From assembly GCA_022839105.1 (NCBI GenBank), contig JALHDH010000004.1, forward strand, positions 2,062 through 66,061: DNA of 64,000 nt, given 5' to 3'. Position numbers and translations under genes: made by a program. The stretch's first letter is position 1. Each line of letters begins with the position of its first letter. A model generated the notes under the pieces. That model saw only the letters and a program-made list of their open reading frames with translations, made no database searches and was not told where the DNA came from. The DNA comes from a bacterium. Lineage in GTDB: Bacteria; Vulcanimicrobiota; Xenobia; Xenobiales; Xenobiaceae. Positions 1 through 12,000 of the stretch are shown piece by piece.

Positions 1-430
1 GTCGGCCCAATCCTGGGCATCGACGCCCCCCGCCCCGGCGTGGACGGTGAGAATCGCCGTCGAACGATCGTACTCCCCGCTCATCAGGGCGCTGGTCTCG
101 GCCCTCTCGAGCTCAGCCCCAAGAGCCTGATGGGCCCGCTCGACCTCGGCGATCTCCTCGGGACTCTCGTCCGAAGCCATCTCCAGGTAGAGCTCGAACT
201 CCTCCAGCCCGACCGAGAGGCGGTCCCACTGGTCCACCACGCTTCGGTGCAGGTTCAGCTCTTCATTCAGCTTGCGGGCCAGGTCCGGATCGGTCCACAC
301 ATCGCCCGCAGCAAAACGGGACTCGATCTCCTCGATCTTGGAACGACTTGAATCCAGGTCAAAGATAGTCGCGCATCCGGTCGACCCGGGCGCGAATCTC
401 GGTCAGGCGGTCGGCGAATTGAGCCAGCAT
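1..430 (-). CDS. prfB: Peptide chain release factor 2 (5' part, runs off the window), with programmed +1 frameshift at CTT-TGA-C (358-364)
   Basis: ATG at 430 gives MLAQFADRLTEIRARVDRMRDYL, then CTT TGA C. The +1 frame continues DLDSSRSKIEEIE...LMSGEYDRSTAILTVHAGAGGVDAQDWAD, which matches the RF2 N-terminal region. Lies downstream of secA, a common synteny. Confidence 0.95.
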
Positions 431-516
431 GCTTGGCGAGTCCTTTCTGTTGGTCTGCACGGTGGGCGTGGGCTGGTCGGTCGGGTTTCCAGACCAGGCC
501 ACTTCCTCCGGGAAGC

Positions 517-3114
<2,598 letters not shown>

Positions 3115-3272
3115 CAGTATCACATCCCTGTCATTCTTAGACGTGCTCGGGACCCGTACAGCCGCAAATGCTCCCAACGGGCCCTCCGGAGCCTGGATGG
3201 CTCCTGTCGCCCTGGGAGACCTGTCGACTCGGGCAAGAAGGCTCCCCCAGAGGAGCCTTCCCGACGGGGAAC

Positions 3273-3301
3273 ATTCTATCCCGCCGCCATGAGGGTGTCA
3301 A
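3273..3301 (-). promoter_or_regulatory. Sigma70-type promoter for secA-prfB: TTGACA-N17-TAGAAT
   Basis: Minus strand TTGACA (3301-3296), 17-nt spacer, TAGAAT (3278-3273), about 160 nt upstream of the secA start. Confidence 0.8.
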
Positions 3302-3365
3302 ACGCAGGAAGGACCCCTCCGCGCAGGCGACGGAGAGGCCCTTCCGAGCGTGGCCTGCGAAGGCC

Positions 3366-4904
3366 TCAGGGCTTGACGGCAACCCCCCAGGGAATCGAGT
3401 TGGGCAGCGGGGTGGTGGAGAGGAGGACGCCGCCGGTGCGGGCATCCAGGACCGTGACGCTGCCGGCGCCGGTGCAGCCCACGAAGGTCTTGGTGCCATC
3501 GGGGCTGACGGCGACCCCGACGGGGCCCTTGCCGACCGGGACGGTGGCCACGGGGGCCTGGGTCACCCCGTTGAGGACCGTCACGGTGTCGGACCCCTTG
3601 TTGGTGATGAAGACCCGGGAGCCGTCTGGAGAAACGGCCGCCTTCTGGGGATTGACGCCGACCCGGACGCGGCCGAGTTCGGTGAAGGCCCAGGCGTCGA
3701 TCACCGAGACGTCGCCCGAGCTGGAGTTCACCACGTACAGGAAGCGGCCGTCAGGAGAAAGCTCCATCCCGGTGGGATTGGCTCCGACGGGGATGGAGGC
3801 CTGGGGGATCCCGGTGAAGGTGTCCAGGGCCACCACCTCGCCCGCCGAGGGGGTTCCCACCACCACGAACATGCGCGTTCCCTCGCGGTTGGCGGCCACG
3901 GCCCGAGGCTGGCCGGCCTCGCCGTTGCGCATCGGGGGCGTGGGGATCCGGCGCTGAGGTGCGTTGGTGCGGGTGTCGATGACCAGTACGCCGGGCTGGG
4001 CTCCCAGGACGCTGGCCAGGATGTTGTTCCCGTCGGGGGTCAGCTTCAGGTCGGTGATGATTCCCCCGGTCGGAATGGAGGTCAGGAGGGTGTTGGAGTT
4101 CACCGTATCCATGACCTGGATGCTCTGGGCCGCGGTGCTGACGTAGAGACGGGTGCCGGCGGCATTGAAGGCGACCCAGAAGGGCTGGGTGTCCATCTCC
4201 TTGTAACCGGTCTGCCCGGGGTTGTCGACGGGAAGCATCATCAGGGTGTTGGGCGCGACCTGCATGGGGGTGTGGTAGTCCCCGGGGTTCACGTCTCCGG
4301 GGCGGGGAGCCTGGATGGCGCCGCCTCCCATCCCGAAGGGATCCCCCGTCCCCCCATGAAGGATCATCTGGCGATAGGTCTGGGTCGTGCTCATCTGGTA
4401 CCCGCCCGCCGGTCCGTGCCCCGCCGGGGCCCCCGGACCCGCCTTCTGACCGAAGGCCACGTAGGCCGTGCCCGGAGCCAGCGGGGCGCCTCCCCCACCG
4501 GGTCCGGTGCCGAAGGGCGAACTCTGGATCTGGCCAGGATTCAGCACGATGTTGATCATCGAGGGAGTCGGGCCGTCCTTGACCTGGACCGAGCGGGTGG
4601 CCATGCCGACCCCCTGCTTCTGGGCCACGATCACGTACTCGCCCGCCGGAACCTTGAAGCGGAACAGGCCCAGGGTGTCCGTGACGGTCTTGTAGGAGGT
4701 TCCCTGAAGGGTGACCTCCACGCCTTCCAGCGGATCATAGGGCTGCCCGCCAGGGCTCTTGTTGGTGGAGGTGGTCACGACAATCCCCACCAGGTTGTCC
4801 CCCTTGGCCTTCTCCACATCCTTGTCCCGATTCCGGGCGCTGACGGGGGCCACCCCCATGATCAGGACCAGGGCCGCCAACAGGGCGATTGCTCCCCTTC
4901 TCAT
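3366..4904 (-). CDS. Secreted protein: signal peptide, carboxypeptidase-regulatory-like beta-sandwich and YncE/YVTN beta-propeller
   Basis: Signal peptide MRRGAIALLAALVLIMGVAPVSA; segment PLEGVEVTLQGT..TVTDTLGLFRF; repeated PxGxAxSPDGxxxYV / VSVIDA propeller motifs. Confidence 0.8.
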   Translation of the reverse strand: MRRGAIALLAALVLIMGVAPVSARNRDKDVEKAKGDNLVGIVVTTSTNKSPGGQPYDPLEGVEVTLQGTSYKTVTDTLGLFRFKVPAGEYVIVAQKQGVGMATRSVQVKDGPTPSMINIVLNPGQIQSSPFGTGPGGGGAPLAPGTAYVAFGQKAGPGAPAGHGPAGGYQMSTTQTYRQMILHGGTGDPFGMGGGAIQAPRPGDVNPGDYHTPMQVAPNTLMMLPVDNPGQTGYKEMDTQPFWVAFNAAGTRLYVSTAAQSIQVMDTVNSNTLLTSIPTGGIITDLKLTPDGNNILASVLGAQPGVLVIDTRTNAPQRRIPTPPMRNGEAGQPRAVAANREGTRMFVVVGTPSAGEVVALDTFTGIPQASIPVGANPTGMELSPDGRFLYVVNSSSGDVSVIDAWAFTELGRVRVGVNPQKAAVSPDGSRVFITNKGSDTVTVLNGVTQAPVATVPVGKGPVGVAVSPDGTKTFVGCTGAGSVTVLDARTGGVLLSTTPLPNSIPWGVAVKP

Positions 4905-5398
4905 CCTCTGCTCCTCCCAAGGCTCTTCCAGGCCGGGCCCGAGCCGGGCCTTTCTGGTTTTGAGTCTTTCGGGGCCTCCCGGGTTTCGCCGGCGGCCGGG
5001 CGGAGGGCCGCGGACAGGAAGTCCTCGGCCATGACCACCGCGGCGTAATCATCCCAGGGGCCGGGAGGCACCCGAAGGCCCAACGGGATCAGCCGCCACA
5101 GTCCCCGCGGGGGATGGTCCTGGAAGTAGCGCACCCGGGCCCGCTCGGTGGTGTGGCTTTCGTCCACCACCCGAATCTCCCGATCCAAGGCGGCCTTCAG
5201 CTCGGCCAGGACCTCCCGGGAGCCCGTGCTCCCACCGACCAGGAGCTCGGTGGGCTGGTATTCCTGAAGCATTCGTCGCACCGCCTGGACGAGATCTTCC
5301 CGACGCGCGATCCCCCGGAACAGGACTCCCCTCTCCGAGCAGACCACGGCCAGGCCGCACTTGCGCCGTCCGGGATCCAGGGCTGCCACGACCCTCAC
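4901..5398 (-). CDS. YqgF/RuvX-like RNase H-fold nuclease
   Basis: ALDPGRRKCGLAV, VDESHTT and DDYAAVVMAE match the YqgF acidic-residue pattern; GTGA overlap with the upstream gene. Confidence 0.8.
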   Translation of the reverse strand: MRVVAALDPGRRKCGLAVVCSERGVLFRGIARREDLVQAVRRMLQEYQPTELLVGGSTGSREVLAELKAALDREIRVVDESHTTERARVRYFQDHPPRGLWRLIPLGLRVPPGPWDDYAAVVMAEDFLSAALRPAAGETREAPKDSKPERPGSGPAWKSLGRSRG

Positions 5399-6339
5399 TC
5401 GGAGCCTCCCCCTTCGGCGAGGGGCCGAACCTCGATCCGCACATCCAGGCTGCTGGTCTCGTACAGATCGCGGTTGGCCACGGCCAGCAACTCCAGCGAG
5501 CCGTGTTGGGTGCGGATCCGGTCCACCAGGTCGTTGAACTGCTCCTCGGTCAACCCTCCTCCCAGGCTTCCCCCGATCGGACGCATGCCGCGATCCACGG
5601 CAGACTTCCGGGTGTTCTCGATGAACTCGAAGAAGGCCGAGAGGACCTCGGGGTCCTTGGGATTGATGCGGCGCCGGGCCACCTCCTCGCCCTCGCGGAA
5701 GACCCGATGCACCACCCAGGCCTCCAGGCGGACGCGGGTCCGGTCCCGGTACAGACAGTTCCGATCCGCCACCACCCGCAGGCCCATGAAGCCCTGGCTC
5801 TGGGAGAGACGCCGGACCAGCCGCTCGAGCTGATCGGCCTGGAAGTCCAGCAGGACCTGATCGGCGGGAAGTGGCGGTTCCTCCTTCTCGCGGGCGATCC
5901 GGTTGTTCTGCAGGATGGTCTTGGCGTTGGCCTCGGCCAGCAGGCTGGTGAGGGCCTGTCGGGTGCGATCCGGGGAAAGACCGGCGGGGAGGGTCATATG
6001 GACGATCGGTTCGTCCACCTTCCAGACGATCGCCCCCTCCTCCAGGATCTGGCTGAGCTGGGCCACCCTGGCGCGCAGGGCCGCCTCCTCGCGACGGAGC
6101 TTCTCGACGCCCAGCAGGAGGTTCTTGACGGGTTCGGAGAGCAGGGCGAAGACCGTCAGGGTCACCACGGCGATCATGACTCCGGTCAGGGTCGTGATCA
6201 GGATCGAGGTATGACGCGGCCGCAGACGCAGGACGCTCATCTTGCGCCGGCCGATCTGGCGGCCCAACTGGTTGCCCAGAAAGGCGATGCCCCCGGCCAG
6301 CAGGCCAACCAGGAAATAGGTGATCAGGATCTGGGCCAA
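5395..6339 (-). CDS. DUF3084 domain membrane-anchored coiled-coil protein
   Basis: GGIAFLGNQLGRQIGRRKMSVLRLRPRHTSILITTLTG is the DUF3084 N-terminal signature; probable TTG start at 6339 after GGAG. Confidence 0.8.
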   Translation of the reverse strand: MAQILITYFLVGLLAGGIAFLGNQLGRQIGRRKMSVLRLRPRHTSILITTLTGVMIAVVTLTVFALLSEPVKNLLLGVEKLRREEAALRARVAQLSQILEEGAIVWKVDEPIVHMTLPAGLSPDRTRQALTSLLAEANAKTILQNNRIAREKEEPPLPADQVLLDFQADQLERLVRRLSQSQGFMGLRVVADRNCLYRDRTRVRLEAWVVHRVFREGEEVARRRINPKDPEVLSAFFEFIENTRKSAVDRGMRPIGGSLGGGLTEEQFNDLVDRIRTQHGSLELLAVANRDLYETSSLDVRIEVRPLAEGGGSE

Positions 6340-6412
6340 AGACTCCAAGGCTTCCCTCGCAAGGCCTGCGCCAAAGCGCACAGGCCTGTCTTCAGGATAG
6401 CACAGCGGATGA

Positions 6413-7534
6413 CTACTTGCGTGAGGCCTCCAGGACCAGGAAGAAACCGACCAGGCCGAACAGGATGTTGGGAAGCCAGGCCGCGGCCCAGGGCTGCAAG
6501 GCGCCCGTCTCGCCCAGGATCATGCCGACCGTCATCAGGACGTAGTACAGCAGGATGAAGAGCAGCGAGAGGCCCAGGCCGATGGAGGTGCTGGTCCGGT
6601 GCGGCCGGATTCCCAGCGGGATGGCGAAGGTCCCGAAGACCATGCAGGTCAGGGGAAGCGAGATCTTCTGGTGGTACATCACCAGATACCGGTTCCTCTT
6701 GCGCAGCATGTCGTCGTCCCCTTCCCGGGGCACCGGCATGCTGGCCAGGCTCTCGGCGAGTTCGGCCCGATTCATCTCTTCGGGGCGCAGCTTCCGGCGC
6801 CTCAGGACGTCGGGGTCGGGAGGCGACTCTCCGGGAGACAGGGCCGTCCAGCCCCGTTGCCCGGCCAGTTCATAGCGCACGTCTCCCTCCCGGCTGTACT
6901 CCACGCTCCGGATATCCTTCATCTCCCAGACGGTTCCGTTCCAGCGGGCCTCGTGCGCGTAGATCTCGCGAACCCTCATGCTCTCCCAGAAGAAGTGGAT
7001 GAAGATGCCCCTCATGGTCTTCTCCTTGACGTTGAGGGAGTGGGCGTAGATCATCTGCTCCTGCCCGTTGGCCAGAACCCGAGGCGAGGTGATCAGGGCG
7101 CGTTCCAGTTCGTCCCCGCGCTGATGCTCGATCAGGATGTCGTAGGCCCGCTTCATCGAGGGCGGAACCCAGGAATCGTTCATCCACAAGGAGACGCCGG
7201 CCACCAGGGTGCAGAAGGCCAGGCCCGGGATGAAGATGCGGAAGAAGCCGATGCCTCCGGCCTTCAGGGCCACCAGCTCGCTGTCCCCGGAGAGTCGTCC
7301 GTAGGCCATCAGGGCCGAGAGGAGGATCGACATGGGGAAGGTCAGGACCAGCACGTAGGGCAGTCGGCAATACAGGTACTCGATCACCACCGAGACCCCT
7401 GCCTGGGACTCGACCACCATGCGGGCCACCCCCATGAGGGTTTCGGCCGAGAAGAAGAGCAGGGTGAAGGTGCACAGCCCGAAGAGGAAGGGCCAGGCCA
7501 TCTCGGTCATCAGGTAGCGATCCAGGATCTTCAT
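6413..7534 (-). CDS. LptF/LptG (YjgP/YjgQ) family LPS export permease
   Basis: MKILDRYLMTEMAWPF, LSGDSELVALKAGGI, hydrophobic helices, AWLPNILF; adjacent to lptB. Confidence 0.92.
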   Translation of the reverse strand: MKILDRYLMTEMAWPFLFGLCTFTLLFFSAETLMGVARMVVESQAGVSVVIEYLYCRLPYVLVLTFPMSILLSALMAYGRLSGDSELVALKAGGIGFFRIFIPGLAFCTLVAGVSLWMNDSWVPPSMKRAYDILIEHQRGDELERALITSPRVLANGQEQMIYAHSLNVKEKTMRGIFIHFFWESMRVREIYAHEARWNGTVWEMKDIRSVEYSREGDVRYELAGQRGWTALSPGESPPDPDVLRRRKLRPEEMNRAELAESLASMPVPREGDDDMLRKRNRYLVMYHQKISLPLTCMVFGTFAIPLGIRPHRTSTSIGLGLSLLFILLYYVLMTVGMILGETGALQPWAAAWLPNILFGLVGFFLVLEASRK

Positions 7535-8274
7535 TCCGGAGCCTCCTCCTCCAGGCCGGTCCGGAAGGCCTCGCCCAGGTAGTATTTCCGGGCGTCGGGA
7601 TGGTTGGCCACCTCCTTGGCGCTCCCCGCCACCAGGATCCGCCCTTCCCGGATGATGTAGGCCCGGTCGGTGATGGCCAGGGTCTCGCGCACATTGTGGT
7701 CGGTGACCAGGATCCCCAGGCCCTGGCCCCGCAAGGTCCGGATGATCTCCTGGATGGTGGCCACGGCGATGGGATCCACTCCGCTGAAGGGTTCGTCCAG
7801 CAAGAGGAAGGCCGGGCGGGTGGCCAGGGCCCGGGCGATTTCCAGGCGCCGACGCTCGCCGCCCGAAAGCTCCAGGGCCCGACTGCGGCGGACCCGCCCC
7901 AGGTCATACTCCTCCAGCAGGGCTTCCAGCCGCGTCTTCTGCTCCTTGGCAGGAAGGCCGTGGACCTGCCAGATCAGGCGCAGGTTGTCCTCCACCGACA
8001 ATCGGCGGAAGGCGGAGGGTTCCTGGGGCAGATAGCCGATTCCCCGGCGCGCCCGGCGATGCATGGGCATTCCCGTGACCTCCTGCCCCTGCAGGAAGAT
8101 CCGTCCGCCATCCGGGCGGACCAGTCCGACCACCATGTAGAAGGTCGTGGTCTTCCCGGCGCCATTGGCCCCCAGAAGGCCGACCACCTCGCCGGGTGCG
8201 ACCTCCAGGCTGACATTGTCGACGACCCGGCGCTTCCGGTAGATCTTGACCAGGTCCTGGACGGCGATGGTCAC
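7531..8274 (-). CDS. lptB: LPS export ABC transporter ATP-binding protein
   Basis: GANGAGKTTTFYMVVGL, GIGYLPQEPSAF, LSGGERRRLEIARAL, LLDEPFSGVDPI, ITDRAYII. Confidence 0.95.
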   Translation of the reverse strand: MTIAVQDLVKIYRKRRVVDNVSLEVAPGEVVGLLGANGAGKTTTFYMVVGLVRPDGGRIFLQGQEVTGMPMHRRARRGIGYLPQEPSAFRRLSVEDNLRLIWQVHGLPAKEQKTRLEALLEEYDLGRVRRSRALELSGGERRRLEIARALATRPAFLLLDEPFSGVDPIAVATIQEIIRTLRGQGLGILVTDHNVRETLAITDRAYIIREGRILVAGSAKEVANHPDARKYYLGEAFRTGLEEEAPE

Positions 8275-8909
8275 CGGGGCACCTCCCCAGCCGGAATCCC
8301 TTCCGGCAGCAGCACCCGGACATCCCCCTCGACCTCCAGGCGGCGCAGGTCTGGAGAAGCGACGAGTCTCTTCCCGGTCAGGACCGTGCCTTCCCGCACC
8401 ATGCGGACCCCCTGGCTTCCCAGGAACTGTCGGGCCTCGCCGTCCCAGACCAGGTTCTGGACGTTGAGGACCTCCCCGCGCATCCCGCGGGCCACGACCG
8501 GCCCCTCGAAGGAGACCTTCATGGTCTCCATGTCGACCAGGGCCCCGTTGCCCTCCACCGTCACCAGATCGGCCCCCTGCGAATCCATCAAGGTCCAGGT
8601 CAGGACGCCCACGCGAGCCGTCCGGCCGACCTCCTCATACTCGATCCGTTCGGCATCCAGCTTCCAGGGATTCTCACCCCGGGAACGCAGGGTCGAACTC
8701 TCCAGGATCCGACGGTCTGGCGCGCCGATTTCGGGCGAGACCACGGGAGAAGGCACGAGCGGCGAGGCTTCGGGGGAAGAAGCGGGGATCGTCGGAAGGG
8801 CGGCGGGAGAGGAAGCGTCATGAGGCTCCGGCCCCGGGCCGGAACAGCCCAGGGCCCCGAGAAGGGCCAGGGCCGCCAGGCCCCGTGCGATGTCCGCGAC
8901 GCGCACCAT
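8271..8909 (-). CDS. lptC: LptC-like periplasmic LPS export protein (possible lipoprotein)
   Basis: Lipobox-like ALLGALGCS; beta-jellyroll-like WKLDAERIEY...LVWDGEARQF; immediately upstream of lptB. Confidence 0.65.
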   Translation of the reverse strand: MVRVADIARGLAALALLGALGCSGPGPEPHDASSPAALPTIPASSPEASPLVPSPVVSPEIGAPDRRILESSTLRSRGENPWKLDAERIEYEEVGRTARVGVLTWTLMDSQGADLVTVEGNGALVDMETMKVSFEGPVVARGMRGEVLNVQNLVWDGEARQFLGSQGVRMVREGTVLTGKRLVASPDLRRLEVEGDVRVLLPEGIPAGEVPR

Positions 8910-8952
8910 CCGACTCAATAATCCTCGACCAAGTCCTCAAAACCGTCCACAC

Positions 8953-8980
8953 AGTATACACGACGGAGAATCCCGGTAAA
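8953..8980 (-). promoter_or_regulatory. Possible sigma70 promoter for the lpt operon: TTTACC-N16-TATACT
   Basis: Minus strand TATACT (8958-8953) and TTTACC (8980-8975) in the divergent intergenic gap. Confidence 0.4.
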
Positions 8981-9061
8981 GACTCGCCCTCTTCCCGGGT
9001 TCCTCCGGAACCCGGGAACCCGCCAGGAAGGAGGACTCGATCCTGCGGGGGAAGGCGGCCG

Positions 9062-12000
9062 ATGATGCGAAACCGAAGACTGGCCCCTCGCTGGACTCCC
9101 CTCCTGCTGGCCTTGCTGGCCCTGCTCGTGCCCGTCTCCGGCCCGGCGGCCCCGGATGGAACCCCCACCATGCGAAGCTCGGAGCTCAGGCCGGGCATGC
9201 AGGGGTACGGACTGACCGTCTTCCAGGGGACCCGGATCACCCGCTTCCCGATCACCGTCCTGGGAGTGGCCCGGGGCCATCTGAGCGGCTCGGACCTGGT
9301 GCTGATCCGCGTGGACGGAGGTCACCTGGTCGAGCAGGGAATCGGGATCGTGGCCGGGATGAGCGGCTCGCCGATCTACGTCCAGGGACGGTTGATCGGG
9401 GCGATCTCCTACGGCTGGGGCTTCTCGAAGGTCCCCATCGGCGGGGTCACCCCGATCCACGACATGATGGCCGAATTGCCCGGACCGTTGGCACCGATCC
9501 CCCAGAGCGCCCCCTGGGGCGCCGTGGGGCGCCTGGAGAACCCGGTGACCCTGGAAGGCCGCACCTATCGCGAGATCCGGATCTCCCCCCGCCCTCAGGC
9601 CACCCCGGGCCAGGCCCTGGAGCTCTCGCCCGTGGGCACCCTGCTGCAGACCTCGGGCCTGGACCAGGCCTCGATCGAACGCCTGAACCGCTCGCTCAAG
9701 GAACTCCCCCTGCAGGCCGTGCAGGGATTCCAGGGGCAGCGGCCGGCGACGGGGATCCCTCCGATGGTGCCCGGAGCGGCGGTGGGCGTCCCCTTGCTGA
9801 CCGGAGACATCGAGGTGGCCGCCACGGGAACGCTGACCTGGCGCAAGGACAACTCGATCCTGGCCTTCGGCCATCCCCTGGCCCAACTGGGAGAGGTCCA
9901 GCTTCCCCTCTCGGCAGCCCATATCCACACGGTCCTGCCCAGCTACCAGATGTCCTTCAAGATGGCCTCTCAACTCGGCCTCATCGGCGAGATGAGCCGG
10001 GACCGGCTCTGGGCCATCGGGGGTCGCCTCCACGCCCCCGTCTCGATGGTTCCCGTCCAACTGGTGGTCCACGATCCCTCCAGGAGCCAGAGCCGGACCT
10101 GGAACATGCGCGCAGCCCAGCATCGCTACCTGACCCCGGCCGTCCTCAGCACGGCCACGAACTACACGGTCGGCAGCATGAGCGCCTCGATGCAGGCCTC
10201 CACGGCAGACCTGCACGTGCGGATCCAGCCTCAGGGGCAGCCCCCCCTGGAGCTGGAGGACCTGGTCTCGGGCCCGGGCCTGGCCAACCAGGTGGCCAGC
10301 CGCGTGGAATCGGTCCTGCGACGCCTGGTGGACAACCCCTTCGAGCCCCTCAAGCTGGATTCGATCCGGATCGAAGCCCGGATCGTGCCCAGGCCCTTGC
10401 GGGCCTCGATCCAGAGAATCTACACCGACCGGACGGAGTACCGACCCGGCGAGACCGTGCGCCTGGGAATCGTCCTGAAGCCCTATGACCAGGAGCCCCA
10501 GGTTCGCGAAATCCCCCTGAGCCTGCCCCACGATGCCCGCCCGGGAAAGATCCGGATCGGGGTGGGGGCACGGGAATCCCTCGGCGAGCTGGCCAAGACC
10601 CTCAACATCGAAGAGCCCGTCCCCCAGGATCTGTCCGGCCTGCTCGAGCAGATTCGGGGCGAAGAGCGGGGAGGCGATCTGGCCATCCGGACCGTGCTCC
10701 CCGGAGAGGGCCTGAAGATGGGGCCCCACAGCCTGCCTCTGCTCCCGGCCTCCTGGCGTGAGGCCCTGAGGTCCTCCAGCCACAGCCATCTGAACTCCAC
10801 CGCCGAGATCCTGCGCAGCCGGCTCTCCACCCCCTGGTCCTTGCGGGGTCGGGCCACCCTGGAACTGGAGCTCAAGCCGGCTGAGACGACTCCGGTGCCC
10901 AAGGTCCCGGCCACCGAGCCGACTCCCACGGTGGTCGAGCTTCCGGCCGGAGGCCATGCGTGGACCTTGAAGCCCTCCGCTCCAGGGGGGGAATTCCTGG
11001 GCGCCGCCCTGGACGCCACGGGAGCCCTGATGGCCGGTCCCCCCTTCCAGACGCTCTGGAGGTCCAGCGACGACCTGATCGCCAGCCTCTGCCCCGGACC
11101 CGGAGAGGACCTGCTGGCCGGCCTGGCCGGCAGCGGCGAGGTGCTGCGCCTGGTCCCGGGCCAGGCCGCCACCCTCTTCGGCCGGACCGGGAGCGCCGCG
11201 GTCTTGAGCCTTCTGCGCTCCGAAGACGGGATCTGGGCCGGCACCGCGCCGGATGGAAACCTGGTGCGCTGGAACCTCTCAGGTCGGCCGACCCTGCGGG
11301 TCCACCTTCCAGGGGCCTATGTCTGGGCCCTGGCACCGGCTCCCGGAGGAGGGGTCTACGCCGCCACGGGGATGCCCGGCTCGGTCCACCTGGTCGAGGC
11401 CTCCGGTCGGACCCGACGCTTGTGGTCCGGGGCCGCCCAGCATGTCCGAGGCCTGGCGCTGCTCGGCGATGGCCGGTTGCTGATGGCGACCAGCCAGGCC
11501 GGGCGGGTGCTGCGGCTGGATCCCGCCTCCGGAGAGGTGGAGACCCTCCTGCTCAGCCCCTCTCCGGACCTGGAGGCGTTGGCGATCTCGGGGCCCCATG
11601 CCTGGGTGGCCAGCTCGGATTCGCTCTTCCGCCTCTGCCTGGAATCCGGTGCGGTGCAGCGGATCGAGGCTGGGAACAGCCCGGTCCTGTCGCTGGCCGG
11701 CGACGCTTCGGGTGGAGTCTGGGCAGGTCACGCCGACGGCTCGGTGCTCCGCATCCCGGTCTCCGGAGAGGCCCTGCGGATGCCGGCTTCCTCGAAACGC
11801 CCGATCCTGGCCCTGCTGAGCCGCCCCCAGGGCGTCCTGGCCGCCCGCAACCTCCCCGTCGAGTTGCTGAGCTTCGGCCCCGGCCTGGCCCCAAGCGAGT
11901 ACCGCAGCCCCGTCCTGGACGCCCGCGCCCCCTCCCACTGGGGACAGATCCGCTGGCTGGGCGTTCCCGGCTCGAAAAAACCGAGGGCCCTGCGCACCCG

